Position numbers and translations under genes: made by a program. Below, piece after piece: positions 1 to 9,494 of a stretch of DNA of 64,000 nt. The DNA comes from a virus. Taxonomy: Duplodnaviria; Caudoviricetes. The notes below the pieces were generated by a model. That model was not told the origin of the DNA. It saw nothing but the letters and a program-made list of their open reading frames with translations, and searched no databases. The stretch's first letter is position 1. Every line of letters begins with the position of its first letter. The stretch lies in the IMG/VR virus record IMGVR_UViG_3300036762_000188. One strand, written 5' to 3'.

Positions 1-56
1 TACCTGTCATACTACACCCTAATGACATCCCTCGTTTAATACAGGGAGTCCCTAAG

Positions 57-509
57 ATGAAGGCTATTAAGAGCTTCGATAATACAGTGCTGCACGTACG
101 TATTAATGGTGTGCACGTGGCTGTACTATTGGTGTACACGGAAGAGGGTATACGATGCATCCCGTATTCAGAGAGAGATGGTAAGTGGTGTGTGTACGAC
201 TTATACATTTTACTCAGGGGTGAAGATCTTATCCTACGTGGTATACATCCATTGATGGATGAAGTAGATGAGATATCAGGTATTACCATGGAGCATGTAG
301 AGGCACTGACGTCTCTGTGCTGGGCATACCTGTACAAGATGGATGTAGGCGAGATATCCGTTGTAGAGGACTCTGAGGATTTTACCAAAATCAACAGTAA
401 ACGTTATAAGAATAATAAGACTAAGTTAATAAATGACTGGGAGATTTCATGGTCAGACTCAGACTCGCCCTCTACTTACTCAAGCGAAAGCTCCGACGTA
501 ATAGTATAA
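57..509 (+). CDS. hypothetical protein
   Basis: 150-aa ORF with GGGAG RBS upstream; no recognised motif. Confidence 0.6.
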   Translation: MKAIKSFDNTVLHVRINGVHVAVLLVYTEEGIRCIPYSERDGKWCVYDLYILLRGEDLILRGIHPLMDEVDEISGITMEHVEALTSLCWAYLYKMDVGEISVVEDSEDFTKINSKRYKNNKTKLINDWEISWSDSDSPSTYSSESSDVIV

Positions 510-1078
510 AGGTAACTCGGCCGAGTATAAACTCGGACCAGGTGCGTAGTACTGCGGCAGTGGCAGTAGCTTCCGCAGCCATATCCATATCTGTTATAGG
601 TGGTAAGTTAGCGGCTACAGGAGCTCCTTTGTTAATGCCACACTTACTACTAGTAGGCGCCGTCTGTGGCCTAGCGGCAGGCGCAGTATGGTATAATCTA
701 CCGGCATCAAAGAAGCCGCTGTCTAAGGAGGATATAGAAGACCTGGGCGACATTGTCCTAGCCACCAACCTTAGTCCTACAGGTAAGACTGCAGACTTGA
801 TGGAGGTGGTGTACGAGACCGTGCTGGGTAGGCAATATGTGGAGCACTCTGACTTAAGCTCCGATGTTAAGGACGAGTTCCCTACCACGGTAAGTGCAGT
901 AAAGTCCGATGTACGTAATATACGTGATACTACGCTGAAACCCGTAGACGATTGTGATGATGGGGATTGGATAGAGAGGCAGTATCAAAAAGATGCTCTG
1001 TCAGAGGCTAAGGAACGGATGCTAGCCCGCGGCAATAATAAGGGTAAGTACGCAGGTCCTTACATACCTAAACTATGA
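449..1078 (+). CDS. hypothetical membrane protein (start uncertain)
   Basis: Two hydrophobic Ala/Gly-rich segments near the N-terminus; stop overlaps next start (ATGA). Confidence 0.55.
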   Translation: MVRLRLALYLLKRKLRRNSIKVTRPSINSDQVRSTAAVAVASAAISISVIGGKLAATGAPLLMPHLLLVGAVCGLAAGAVWYNLPASKKPLSKEDIEDLGDIVLATNLSPTGKTADLMEVVYETVLGRQYVEHSDLSSDVKDEFPTTVSAVKSDVRNIRDTTLKPVDDCDDGDWIERQYQKDALSEAKERMLARGNNKGKYAGPYIPKL

Positions 1079-1344
1079 AGTTTCTAGCATTATTGAATAT
1101 CAACCGTAAATACACTACGTCCTATCGACAGGGCGTAGAGGTAGAGTACTCTATACGCATACCTGGATTCCACGGAGAGCTTACTAAGCGTATGTCTCCT
1201 GCTGAATTAGACAAGTTCATAGCAGAGAGCAATGGTAAGGCTAAGGCTGCTGTCGGGGAGTCTAGTATGAGTATGGGCAATGCCATTTCTAGGATGATGA
1301 GGCGTACACTAAATGGAAGAGTGGAAGGAAGCAGGGAGGAATAG
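1075..1344 (+). CDS. hypothetical protein
   Basis: 89-aa ORF coupled to the previous gene. Confidence 0.55.
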   Translation: MKFLALLNINRKYTTSYRQGVEVEYSIRIPGFHGELTKRMSPAELDKFIAESNGKAKAAVGESSMSMGNAISRMMRRTLNGRVEGSREE

Positions 1345-1648
1345 TGATGGAAAGGCCGACGTAGGTAAAGTACGTGCAGGCCTTCTATACACTCAGTTCG
1401 GCGATAATTTAATGGAGGTAGCGGAGGTTCTTACGTTCGGGGCTGCCAAGTACCCCAAGCCTCCGCTAGATGATTCATGGAGAGATGTTCCGGGAGGGTT
1501 TAATAGATATCAAGACGCTTTATATAGACATATCCACGCGTACTTGACTAAAGGTGAGGTTTTAGATCCAGAGTCAGGCAGACACCACCTAGCACACGCT
1601 ATATGTAACATATTATTCTTAATGGAGTTAGAAAATGTTCAATCGTAA
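1313..1648 (+). CDS. dATP/dGTP diphosphohydrolase domain protein (DUF5664-like)
   Basis: KADVGKVR..LL, EVAEVLTFGAAKY, W..Y.DALYRH and DPESGRHHLAHAICNILFL motifs. Confidence 0.85.
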   Translation: MEEWKEAGRNSDGKADVGKVRAGLLYTQFGDNLMEVAEVLTFGAAKYPKPPLDDSWRDVPGGFNRYQDALYRHIHAYLTKGEVLDPESGRHHLAHAICNILFLMELENVQS

Positions 1649-1880
1649 GAAAGACAGTATGAGCGCTATCCTGGAAGATTTCACTGCTAGAGCGGATTCA
1701 GTTAAAACTACTAACATCGCTAAGGCACAGATGGCTGATACTGAAGCTCAGGAGTTGGAAGAGCGCTATCTTAAGCAGAAACAGGCTATCGCAGCCCGTA
1801 AGGCCGAGGCTACTCAGGAACTAGAGTCAGCAGACGTGTTCATGGAGAACATCGATAAGCTGTTCAAGGCGCGCCTGTAG
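1635..1880 (+). CDS. hypothetical coiled-coil protein
   Basis: 81 aa, helical composition, GGAG RBS, overlaps neighbours. Confidence 0.6.
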   Translation: MFNRKKDSMSAILEDFTARADSVKTTNIAKAQMADTEAQELEERYLKQKQAIAARKAEATQELESADVFMENIDKLFKARL

Positions 1881-2311
1881 TGAAGCCGCGGACTTTAATG
1901 AGCATAGCCCACGACGTAGCGACTGACAGTAAGTGTGTTAGCCTACAGGTAGGATGCGTGCTGGTTAAGGACGGGCATATTATATCCACCGGAGTTAACG
2001 GTACCCCTAAGGGGTACGTTAACTGTAATAGTGTATGGTCGTGTAGATGTCCCGAGCACAGTGCCTGGTCTGAGAAGTTTGAAATACATGCAGAGATGAA
2101 CGCTATAGGCTTCTGCCCGGTGTCTGTAGAAGGCTCTACTGCGTACGTAACTCACTCCCCCTGCTTCCCCTGCGTTAAGCATATGATAGCATTTGGTATT
2201 AAACATATTATATATGCCGAGCGCTATTATAGAAGTACGGATGCTGAGATAGAGGAGATTGAGGAATTCTGCAGAGTTAAGCAGGTGTCCTATAACATAA
2301 TGGGGGACTAG
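1880..2311 (+). CDS. dCMP deaminase
   Basis: S.C...QVGCVLV, STGVNG, HAEMNA and SPCFPC zinc-deaminase motifs. Confidence 0.92.
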   Translation: MKPRTLMSIAHDVATDSKCVSLQVGCVLVKDGHIISTGVNGTPKGYVNCNSVWSCRCPEHSAWSEKFEIHAEMNAIGFCPVSVEGSTAYVTHSPCFPCVKHMIAFGIKHIIYAERYYRSTDAEIEEIEEFCRVKQVSYNIMGD

Positions 2312-2312
2312 C

Positions 2313-2771
2313 ATGAAGGCCATTTTCGCATGTGGTAGACAGGGTGAGTTCGGGTTGCTAGGTGGTATACCCTGGATTCAGCCTGGAGATCTTAAGCAGT
2401 TTAAAGAGTACACTATGGGAGGGACTCTTGTGATGGGTAGAAATACCTTCGAGAGTCTTCCCTGTAAGTTACCCGGTCGTAGACATGTAGTCATCTCCTC
2501 GCGTAGCGAGTTCGATGGTAAACAGCCGGATGTTGTAATCCGTAGTATATACGATGCCCCTTCAGACGGAATAGTCATAGGAGGAGCGCGTGTAATAGAA
2601 GAAGCACTTCTCTCAGGACTGTGTGAGGAAGTGTCGATAACCTATATGGACGGGAGCTTCGAAGCCGACGTACGTATAGATCTGCCGATTATATCGGAAT
2701 GTCTATCAATGATGAGTTACATGGCCACTAATGAGCCTTGGGGAGTGAGAGTAATATGGAAGCACCGGTGA
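2313..2771 (+). CDS. folA: dihydrofolate reductase
   Basis: G.IPW..PGDLKQFK.YT, VMGRNTFESLP..LPGRRHVVIS, VIGGA, FEADV. Confidence 0.92.
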   Translation: MKAIFACGRQGEFGLLGGIPWIQPGDLKQFKEYTMGGTLVMGRNTFESLPCKLPGRRHVVISSRSEFDGKQPDVVIRSIYDAPSDGIVIGGARVIEEALLSGLCEEVSITYMDGSFEADVRIDLPIISECLSMMSYMATNEPWGVRVIWKHR

Positions 2772-3181
2772 TTTACAGTTTGTACGAAAGCCTACTGGCT
2801 GAATACCATTCTGCAGAGGATAAAACCCGCGCTAAACGGGCGATAGCTATGTTTGATTCAGGTGAAGTACATGAAGACGTACTCCACAAGGAGTTGTTCC
2901 GTCTAGCTTTATTAGAAGACAGGCTGAAGGTACTTGCTATAGCGGAGTTTCAGGCTTTAGAGCCTGGACGCTTCGGTGCCCAGTTGAAATCTGATGCGCT
3001 GAACATTCTCCTGCGTAGTACTCGATACAATGCGGTGCAAGAGCTAGAGGTGCTGAATGATAAGGTATCGAGCGTCTTCAAGATGCATTGCGTAAAGGCG
3101 ATACTCGAAGTAAACGCTGAGATAGCCACGCTCAAGGAGTCTAGTATGCCTGAAGGGCGCCTCTCAGCATTATGGGGATAA
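2738..3181 (+). CDS. hypothetical protein
   Basis: 147-aa ORF (probable start near 2756) in the operon, ending at a terminator hairpin. Confidence 0.55.
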   Translation: MGSESNMEAPVIYSLYESLLAEYHSAEDKTRAKRAIAMFDSGEVHEDVLHKELFRLALLEDRLKVLAIAEFQALEPGRFGAQLKSDALNILLRSTRYNAVQELEVLNDKVSSVFKMHCVKAILEVNAEIATLKESSMPEGRLSALWG

Positions 3182-3204
3182 CCGGCTTCGGCCGGTTTGT
3201 TTTT
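3180..3204 (+). terminator. Rho-independent terminator
   Basis: AACCGGC-TTCG-GCCGGTT stem with UUCG loop, followed by TGTTTTT. Confidence 0.75.
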
Positions 3205-3213
3205 AGGATTAAT

Positions 3214-3600
3214 ATGAGCATAATTTTAAAGTATCTGGATTACAAGACGTATGCTGTAAGAACCTGTAATAAAGAATTAGAAGAGTGTATAGATAAGGTT
3301 ATCCTTTCTATAAACAATCTAGATAAATATATGAGCAGTCGTATAGGTAAGAAGGGTACCGCGCAGGTTCATAACGACATTCTTATACAGATGAGAAACT
3401 GCTTAAACAGTAGTTTTCGTAGAGAGTGGCTTAATATAATCCTCCAACTCTACAATGATAGCAAGCACCCTGTGCATAGGCCTCACATACCTATAGATGG
3501 TATTTACATTTATGCAGTGGTAGATGAGGTGAGGCGGTTAACCGAGGTGTCTGAATCTATAATCGAAGGACTTAGATTTAGTCGGCATATCCCGTTATAG
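3214..3600 (+). CDS. hypothetical protein
   Basis: Track ORF 3172..3600; the ATG at 3214 follows an AGGA RBS and lies past the hairpin. Confidence 0.55.
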   Translation: MSIILKYLDYKTYAVRTCNKELEECIDKVILSINNLDKYMSSRIGKKGTAQVHNDILIQMRNCLNSSFRREWLNIILQLYNDSKHPVHRPHIPIDGIYIYAVVDEVRRLTEVSESIIEGLRFSRHIPL

Positions 3601-3613
3601 CCACTCTGTAACA

Positions 3614-3918
3614 AATCCTGTAACACCCGTGTAACGCGGGATCCTAGCTTCTATGCAGGCTAGGGAGGAGTCGTTACAGAAAACACAGAAACACCGGAAC
3701 ACACACATACTATGAGAGAGGGAGAGCCTTATATATAAAAACACACTTTTCTTATATAGTGTATTTATATATACATTCCTCCCCCTCCCTCTCTCTCTCA
3801 TAGTATGTGTATTATTTTATGTAACAATGTTTTTTTGTAACAAATCAAGAAAAAGCCACGTCATTACTGAAATTAGGGTGTTACAAAAGTGTTACATTCC
3901 AGGATGCTTTTGTAACAG
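3614..3918. repeat. ~305-bp non-coding element, copy 1 (inverted relative to 53723-54027); candidate origin or recombination site
   Basis: Reverse complement aligns with 53723-54027 with scattered mismatches; about 8 TGTAAC/GTTACA motifs; central AT-rich imperfect hairpin. Confidence 0.9.
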
Positions 3919-4025
3919 TCTTAACGGCTGCAGATTATGTTATAAGTACTATGGGGTGTTACGTATGTAATACTCCTTGTCTCTGTGATTGACAAGTCGG
4001 GGGTTTATCCCCCGATCTGTTTAGA

Positions 4026-4415
4026 TTAAACGAGCTCGAAGTGCACTAGGTCATTGAAGGTCTGATCTTTAGTATAACCATCTCCATCCCAGTCACCACC
4101 CCATCTTATTTTTATCCCCATGGACTCTGCTACTGCCATAACGTAACCGCCGAATATATGGAACCTGCCTGTATCATCCCAGTCGATCGGGTAGGGTGCT
4201 ACATCTACCGCTATGGACGGTAGAGTATTATGTTTACTATCGGGCCATTTTTTAGTACTGGCACCTTTATCATACGCTGCGTTCTGCTCAGATTCAGTAC
4301 GAGTACCGCATAGTATACTACAGTCCCTGTACTTAACTACGGCTTCGAATAATAGTTGTATATCAGGATGGCATGTATCAAGCCTATCCCTGCTGGTCTT
4401 CCCAAAGCTAGCCAT
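4026..4415 (-). CDS. endolysin, peptidase M15C (L-Ala-D-Glu peptidase) family
   Basis: G.RT..EQ, SKH...AVDVAP, RWGGDW and DLVHFEL zinc-peptidase motifs. Confidence 0.9.
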   Translation of the reverse strand: MASFGKTSRDRLDTCHPDIQLLFEAVVKYRDCSILCGTRTESEQNAAYDKGASTKKWPDSKHNTLPSIAVDVAPYPIDWDDTGRFHIFGGYVMAVAESMGIKIRWGGDWDGDGYTKDQTFNDLVHFELV

Positions 4416-4436
4416 AAGGCCCTCCTAGTTAGTTTT

Positions 4437-4462
4437 GAGACCTACCTTAGGGTAGGCCTTAG
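4437..4462. terminator. stem-loop / probable terminator
   Basis: GACCTACC-TTAG-GGTAGGCC; closely resembles the inverse of the hairpin at 33782-33811. Confidence 0.5.
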
Positions 4463-4463
4463 T

Positions 4464-4838
4464 TCACGCTGGAAACGTCTCTACGGACGTCGTACCGTCT
4501 ATCTGGTAGTCTTCTATGAGCAAAGAGAACGCTGACTTAACCACCGCTATCATACTCATCAACTCAACCTTGCTATTAGACTTCAGTATGCCCGTGTTAG
4601 TACGAGCTATTCTCTGCCCGAAGTTACTGGACTTCGGTGTATACACGGGGTATTTATCTATATCCATAAATCTAAGGATAGCTACAAAATCCCCGAGCGA
4701 GCCATCGGGCTCTATTGACCATAAGAAGACTTCCGTAGGGAAGTCCTCTGTAAGGTCCACTAGTTCCAGTTCGGCAACCCATCCTCCCTGGTACTTAGTG
4801 GAAATCTGTAGTTTAGACATACTTAATAGTCCATTCAA
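4464..4838 (-). CDS. hypothetical tail/baseplate-region protein
   Basis: Last ORF of the baseplate operon; true start may be the internal MSKL. Confidence 0.55.
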   Translation of the reverse strand: MNGLLSMSKLQISTKYQGGWVAELELVDLTEDFPTEVFLWSIEPDGSLGDFVAILRFMDIDKYPVYTPKSSNFGQRIARTNTGILKSNSKVELMSMIAVVKSAFSLLIEDYQIDGTTSVETFPA

Positions 4839-5310
4839 ATATTAAAGAGAATGCATCGGTCTTAGGGATGCTCCTGAACGTCTTAATATTGAACATACTA
4901 CCTGATGCTTTAAACAAACCACATTCAGTTATACTCTCACCGTTAGCCTCATCGCTGTTAAGTGAGAACACTACTGTTATATACGCCTGTGTAGTATCAG
5001 CAGGATCTGATACGATTATATCTATATCAGAGTTAACTCCTGATATAGGACCATACAATCCAGTACGGGCAACGCCTGGAGTCCTAGGACGTTTACCCTC
5101 GGGGTCTATCGTACCGTCGTTACCCACTTTAAAAGAGGTTATTAAGTCTAAAGGAGCTGCTGCATCGTGTAGAAACGCCAGATGGGCCCTACGCGATGCC
5201 ATAGTGATAAGGTTCTTTTCGTTATCAACTAGAACCTCTTCTTCTCCAGTATTAAACCTGCGTTTAACAGTAAGAAAACCTTCCATACTACTATTATCTA
5301 CGATTTTCAT
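4813..5310 (-). CDS. tail collar / fibre-attachment-like baseplate protein
   Basis: KNLIT, EANG..ITECGLF and F..I.K....LIFEWTI pattern typical of collar/fibre N-terminal domains; follows the wedge genes. Confidence 0.6.
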   Translation of the reverse strand: MKIVDNSSMEGFLTVKRRFNTGEEEVLVDNEKNLITMASRRAHLAFLHDAAAPLDLITSFKVGNDGTIDPEGKRPRTPGVARTGLYGPISGVNSDIDIIVSDPADTTQAYITVVFSLNSDEANGESITECGLFKASGSMFNIKTFRSIPKTDAFSLIFEWTIKYV

Positions 5311-7235
5311 TATACTCTCCTAGGTATTTTCCAACCATTAAAATTAGTTCCGCGAGTCATGTTGTAGACATCACCCCTGCCATTATCGTATAGTCCACCT
5401 GGTCTACCACGATCTACTAAGAATGGAGCTCCGTTACGGCTGACAGTACCCCTGGTAACCGGAGCATTTAATACTTCCACTACCTCTATGTGCTCACTAT
5501 CCTCTGCCATCAATGCAGTAGACGCTACAGTAGGCTCATACACTATCATAGATACGCTCCAGGTATCATCAATGCATGGGGATATAAGCAAGTCCGCCTC
5601 TGCCACATCAGGAGCATACGCATTATAGGCGTATATAGATAGTTTATGATCTAAAGGTAACTCATTAGTATGAATGCCAGTCTTACCCTCTCTACTAACC
5701 GCGTCGCTACGTATAATCACCATACCGGTAAGTTCTATACCTAGACGTGCTTCTAGTTCATACTTATCAGCCAGGTATAACCCTACCATCTGATCACCTC
5801 TGACTACACGCTCTACTCCGTCATAGGTCATACTGGCCGGGAATACTCTGGTTATATAATAAGGTACATCTGTAGTATTACCTCTAATGCCTCTAGTCAC
5901 CTTACCTCTATTACGTGGAGATGCTAGAGTTCCGCGGCTACCATATATAACTGCCAGCTTATCCAAGTCCCATGAATTAGGGTCCTCGAAGATAGGCTCA
6001 TATCCTGCATAAGATCTATCACCCTGTCCTACCATATTGTTAAGTTCGTAACTTATGCTATTACGATTATACCAATGCTTTCCGCGGCTAAATACCTGGA
6101 GGTTACGTCTCATTAATCTTATATCAGGAGCGCTTATGCATGTCTCGTTGGAATAGTTCTTCAGTGTGAAGTCTAAACTCTCCTCCATGGATACTTTATC
6201 ATCCGGTATAGGTACTTTCCATACGAATACAGGGAATGTCCATGATGGACGACTATACGTCACTAACCGATTAGCTATGTTAAAGGCGTCTATATCACCT
6301 GCAGGCCTAGTTATAAGCACTTCGAATATATGATACTTAGCCTTCTGCATAACAGAGTCTCCTAGAGATCCTGGTATACAACGCCCTAGAGCAGACGAAT
6401 TACTAGCAGGTAGAAGTTCATTAGGTAGATATATGTTGTACCACCAACCGTCTTCTTTTATGTAATCGATAATCTCTACCCAAGTATCTATCACCTGCCC
6501 TTCTATCAACACATCCCCTACGGTTACATTTGGATTGTAACCGTAAGGTATACGATATGAGTTGGATGAAGTGATTATCACGTAATCACCGGTATCGACG
6601 TCTTCGAATATATCTAGTACTTCTTCAGTATCCCTGGCGTAAGGCATGCCCATAGCCATGTTAATACCCTTCTCTACATGAGCCATAGTAGGGCCGTTGG
6701 TGTAGAGGAAGTATACACCCTCTAGGAACGCCTTATAATTATCTAATGATTTATCTTTATCAAATCCTACCAGCCTACCATATGATTTATAAGCCCAACC
6801 ACCATCGAAGACTACGTCGTTCAGCCATACTGCGTACTGCCAGGACCCATCGGTATTATGGCGTATAGGGAACTTGTAATCACTTATAGGCTTCTGTAAG
6901 CGTAGTACTCCGTCTACGATCTCAAACTCTCTATCTAAGTACAGAGTTTGAGTAGGTAGTACACTACGGTTAGTTATCGTAGCAGCCTGTACGTCTCCTA
7001 CAGAGAACTCAGTGTCAGATATATAATTATGAGACCCCAATAGTAGGAGTGATATCTCTGCGCTATGGTAATCTTGAACGTCCTCTAGGGATATGCCAGA
7101 GGTGCGCTGTAGGAAGTAGCTATACGCCTCTGACAACAGTTTAGTCTCCTGCTCCAATACTCCATCTACGATGTCGGTACTAGAGAAGAATTCTGTCCAA
7201 AAATCAGATATGCCGTACAGGTATGCCATGTTCAT
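5310..7235 (-). CDS. baseplate wedge protein (putative)
   Basis: 641 aa, directly downstream of the baseplate J-like gene. Confidence 0.6.
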   Translation of the reverse strand: MNMAYLYGISDFWTEFFSSTDIVDGVLEQETKLLSEAYSYFLQRTSGISLEDVQDYHSAEISLLLLGSHNYISDTEFSVGDVQAATITNRSVLPTQTLYLDREFEIVDGVLRLQKPISDYKFPIRHNTDGSWQYAVWLNDVVFDGGWAYKSYGRLVGFDKDKSLDNYKAFLEGVYFLYTNGPTMAHVEKGINMAMGMPYARDTEEVLDIFEDVDTGDYVIITSSNSYRIPYGYNPNVTVGDVLIEGQVIDTWVEIIDYIKEDGWWYNIYLPNELLPASNSSALGRCIPGSLGDSVMQKAKYHIFEVLITRPAGDIDAFNIANRLVTYSRPSWTFPVFVWKVPIPDDKVSMEESLDFTLKNYSNETCISAPDIRLMRRNLQVFSRGKHWYNRNSISYELNNMVGQGDRSYAGYEPIFEDPNSWDLDKLAVIYGSRGTLASPRNRGKVTRGIRGNTTDVPYYITRVFPASMTYDGVERVVRGDQMVGLYLADKYELEARLGIELTGMVIIRSDAVSREGKTGIHTNELPLDHKLSIYAYNAYAPDVAEADLLISPCIDDTWSVSMIVYEPTVASTALMAEDSEHIEVVEVLNAPVTRGTVSRNGAPFLVDRGRPGGLYDNGRGDVYNMTRGTNFNGWKIPRRV

Positions 7236-8674
7236 AGGTTTACTCCTAAAAGCTTAAAGTTAGATACGGCGGTAGCTTCGTACGTATCTGTCAGCTCAGT
7301 CCATGTGTCAGTCAACAAACCACCTCTAGGTATAAGCTGATACCATACCTTACTATCCGTGAAGGAGAAGTCTGTCAATCCACTATCAACTATAGCGTTG
7401 AAGATACCGCTCTTATATATAGTACCACCTTCTGGTATAGAGTCTACATAACTCTTTATACGCGACTCGCAGTCAGACGGGATGTCAAAGGGGGACACTA
7501 TGTCTACCTTTATCATAATCGGCTGGAACGCCCTCACTAGATAGTTAGCTAATACTACTCTGTTATCCGGTAGGTCCATCCAATCCTGTATAGAACCTAC
7601 CCCTACTAGCACTTTAGATGTGAAAGTGGCAGTAGTACCTGCAGATAATATCATGTTTACACGAGTAGTCTGCTTAGATGACAGTCCGAATTCATCAGCG
7701 TCTACTGAGACTGTATATGGGGCAGCTGCGTCAATACTATCTAAGTATCCTTCTAAGAAGCTACGCGTTACCTCCAGTACAGGCCCTTCTATCTCTATAG
7801 CACCAAATTCATCTACGGTATACTGCCTAGTATCTTCCACTATCTCTGTATTGCATAGTACGTCTACGTGTCCTCCGATATGTATATCTACACCATCAAT
7901 ATTCACTAAATCCCTACTCATATCGGGATCCCCCATACCTACCACCTTGACGTTCTTAACGTATGAGAAATTATCCTGTATCTTACTTTCGATAGAAGGA
8001 TCATTAATAAGGTTACGGGTAGATATAGATGAGTACGATCTCTTAACCATATCAGTGTTAGTCTCTTGGCTAACAGCGTACTGTTTAAGATACAATATCT
8101 CACCCTTTACCATGTAAGGTGAGAATAGAGTGAAGTACAATAAGTCCCCTGTCTCCTTATTGTAAAGCTCATCAGCCTTATCGGAGTATAGGTCCACGTC
8201 ATAAAACCACAGCCCTTCCGATGCATCGTATGTAAAATCCGATTGTAGTACCGTAATAGCCTCAGATAGATAGAACTTAAGTTCATTATCCGTAGAGAAA
8301 TACGCCGATGACGGTATGATAATAGCCGCCGGCTCACTCTGCGGGAATGAGAAGAATAGGCGAGCTCTAACTATGGATTGATTACCAGACTTACGGGTTA
8401 TGAAGAAGTTAGATAATCTCTTGTCTACTACGTCACTAGGCGTGTCATCAGTTATGTCCGTTACATCGGTGCCTTCGAAGTAGTAGTCTAAGGCTTTCTT
8501 TACAGATGCTATCAGCACCGCATTCGGGCGTACTACCATATCACGTATGGCCGTACCTACACGGAAATCATAGTCTGGGAACTTACTGCTTAGATACTGC
8601 TCGGAGAATACCTCCGCCTCTAACAGATCTTCCGAGGTTATCTCTAATCCTCTTATAATAGAAAAAATATCCAT
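7232..8674 (-). CDS. baseplate J-like wedge protein
   Basis: GTAIRDMVV.P, D...SNFFITRK.G and ETNTDMVKR motifs; position after the gp25-like gene. Confidence 0.75.
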   Translation of the reverse strand: MDIFSIIRGLEITSEDLLEAEVFSEQYLSSKFPDYDFRVGTAIRDMVVRPNAVLIASVKKALDYYFEGTDVTDITDDTPSDVVDKRLSNFFITRKSGNQSIVRARLFFSFPQSEPAAIIIPSSAYFSTDNELKFYLSEAITVLQSDFTYDASEGLWFYDVDLYSDKADELYNKETGDLLYFTLFSPYMVKGEILYLKQYAVSQETNTDMVKRSYSSISTRNLINDPSIESKIQDNFSYVKNVKVVGMGDPDMSRDLVNIDGVDIHIGGHVDVLCNTEIVEDTRQYTVDEFGAIEIEGPVLEVTRSFLEGYLDSIDAAAPYTVSVDADEFGLSSKQTTRVNMILSAGTTATFTSKVLVGVGSIQDWMDLPDNRVVLANYLVRAFQPIMIKVDIVSPFDIPSDCESRIKSYVDSIPEGGTIYKSGIFNAIVDSGLTDFSFTDSKVWYQLIPRGGLLTDTWTELTDTYEATAVSNFKLLGVNL

Positions 8675-9141
8675 TAAGATATACCTGCGCTAGTGAATGG
8701 TAGTGCTATAGGAGCTGACTCACCACCCTTGGTTATTATACGGACTCTCAAATCTATACCATCTCTGGTAGTGTTCATAGAAGTAACTTCGACTCTATCA
8801 AGTTGAGAATTGACGTCAGCTCGTGGTGAGTTCAGGATCTCCTTAGTTCGAGTAGCAGCCACCTCTACATAGTCTTTAATGAGAGATTTAATTCTAGATG
8901 AGGTAGGTGAAGCACTTATAGATTGAAAGTCTGTCCCTATGTTATGTAGGACATCACTACCTTTAGAGGTTATAAACATCCTCAGGAAAGTCTGTGCCAC
9001 CTTCTGCACCCCACTTATACGTCTAGGGGTCTTATCCATCTCAGGAAGTACTGTACCCGTAGGAAATCCTTCAGGATAGGTAAGTACTAGCAGATCGTAT
9101 CTACCTCCTGTTTCTAAGTTTACTGTAGTACCTATTCTCAT
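8674..9141 (-). CDS. baseplate gp25-like / sheath initiator protein
   Basis: GVQKVAQ.F...F.T.KGS....IGT pattern; directly upstream of the J-like gene. Confidence 0.65.
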   Translation of the reverse strand: MRIGTTVNLETGGRYDLLVLTYPEGFPTGTVLPEMDKTPRRISGVQKVAQTFLRMFITSKGSDVLHNIGTDFQSISASPTSSRIKSLIKDYVEVAATRTKEILNSPRADVNSQLDRVEVTSMNTTRDGIDLRVRIITKGGESAPIALPFTSAGIS

Positions 9142-9494
9142 AGCTTACCTATCATATGTGAGTCATTTATCTCTGCATTATACTTAACTCTACCTAGTAT
9201 AACTTGGTTTTCCGATATAGAGTCTGCGAATATAGCAGCACGTGAAGTGTGGTATAGACCCCTCTCTTTGATAAAGGATATCGCATCATAGTATGATTTC
9301 AAGAGAGCCATCTCAAATATACTAGGCCTGTTAGACGCCACTGCACTTATAAGGGCCTCTACTTCGTTTAGCGATGGTACTACTACATCGGCCGGTTCTT
9401 TAGGAGGGGTGCCGTCTGTTGCGTATAATCCTACACTCTCCATTAGAGAGTATAGGTTACGATAGAATTCATTCAGGTCTTGAGTAACCATCAT
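9138..9494 (-). CDS. hypothetical protein
   Basis: Track ORF 9138..9560; GAGG RBS favours the MMVTQD start near 9494. Confidence 0.55.
   Translation of the reverse strand: MMVTQDLNEFYRNLYSLMESVGLYATDGTPPKEPADVVVPSLNEVEALISAVASNRPSIFEMALLKSYYDAISFIKERGLYHTSRAAIFADSISENQVILGRVKYNAEINDSHMIGKL

Noticed and set aside
3595-3801. 68-aa ORF MRERGRGRNVY... and its twin at 53840-54055
   Set aside because: Both lie inside the palindromic, low-complexity inverted repeat and have no convincing RBS; their similarity is explained by the DNA repeat.
3607-3918. CRISPR array or IS/MITE interpretation of the TGTAAC repeats
   Set aside because: The motifs are only 6-7 bp, irregularly spaced and in both orientations; no cas or transposase gene and no target-site duplication seen.
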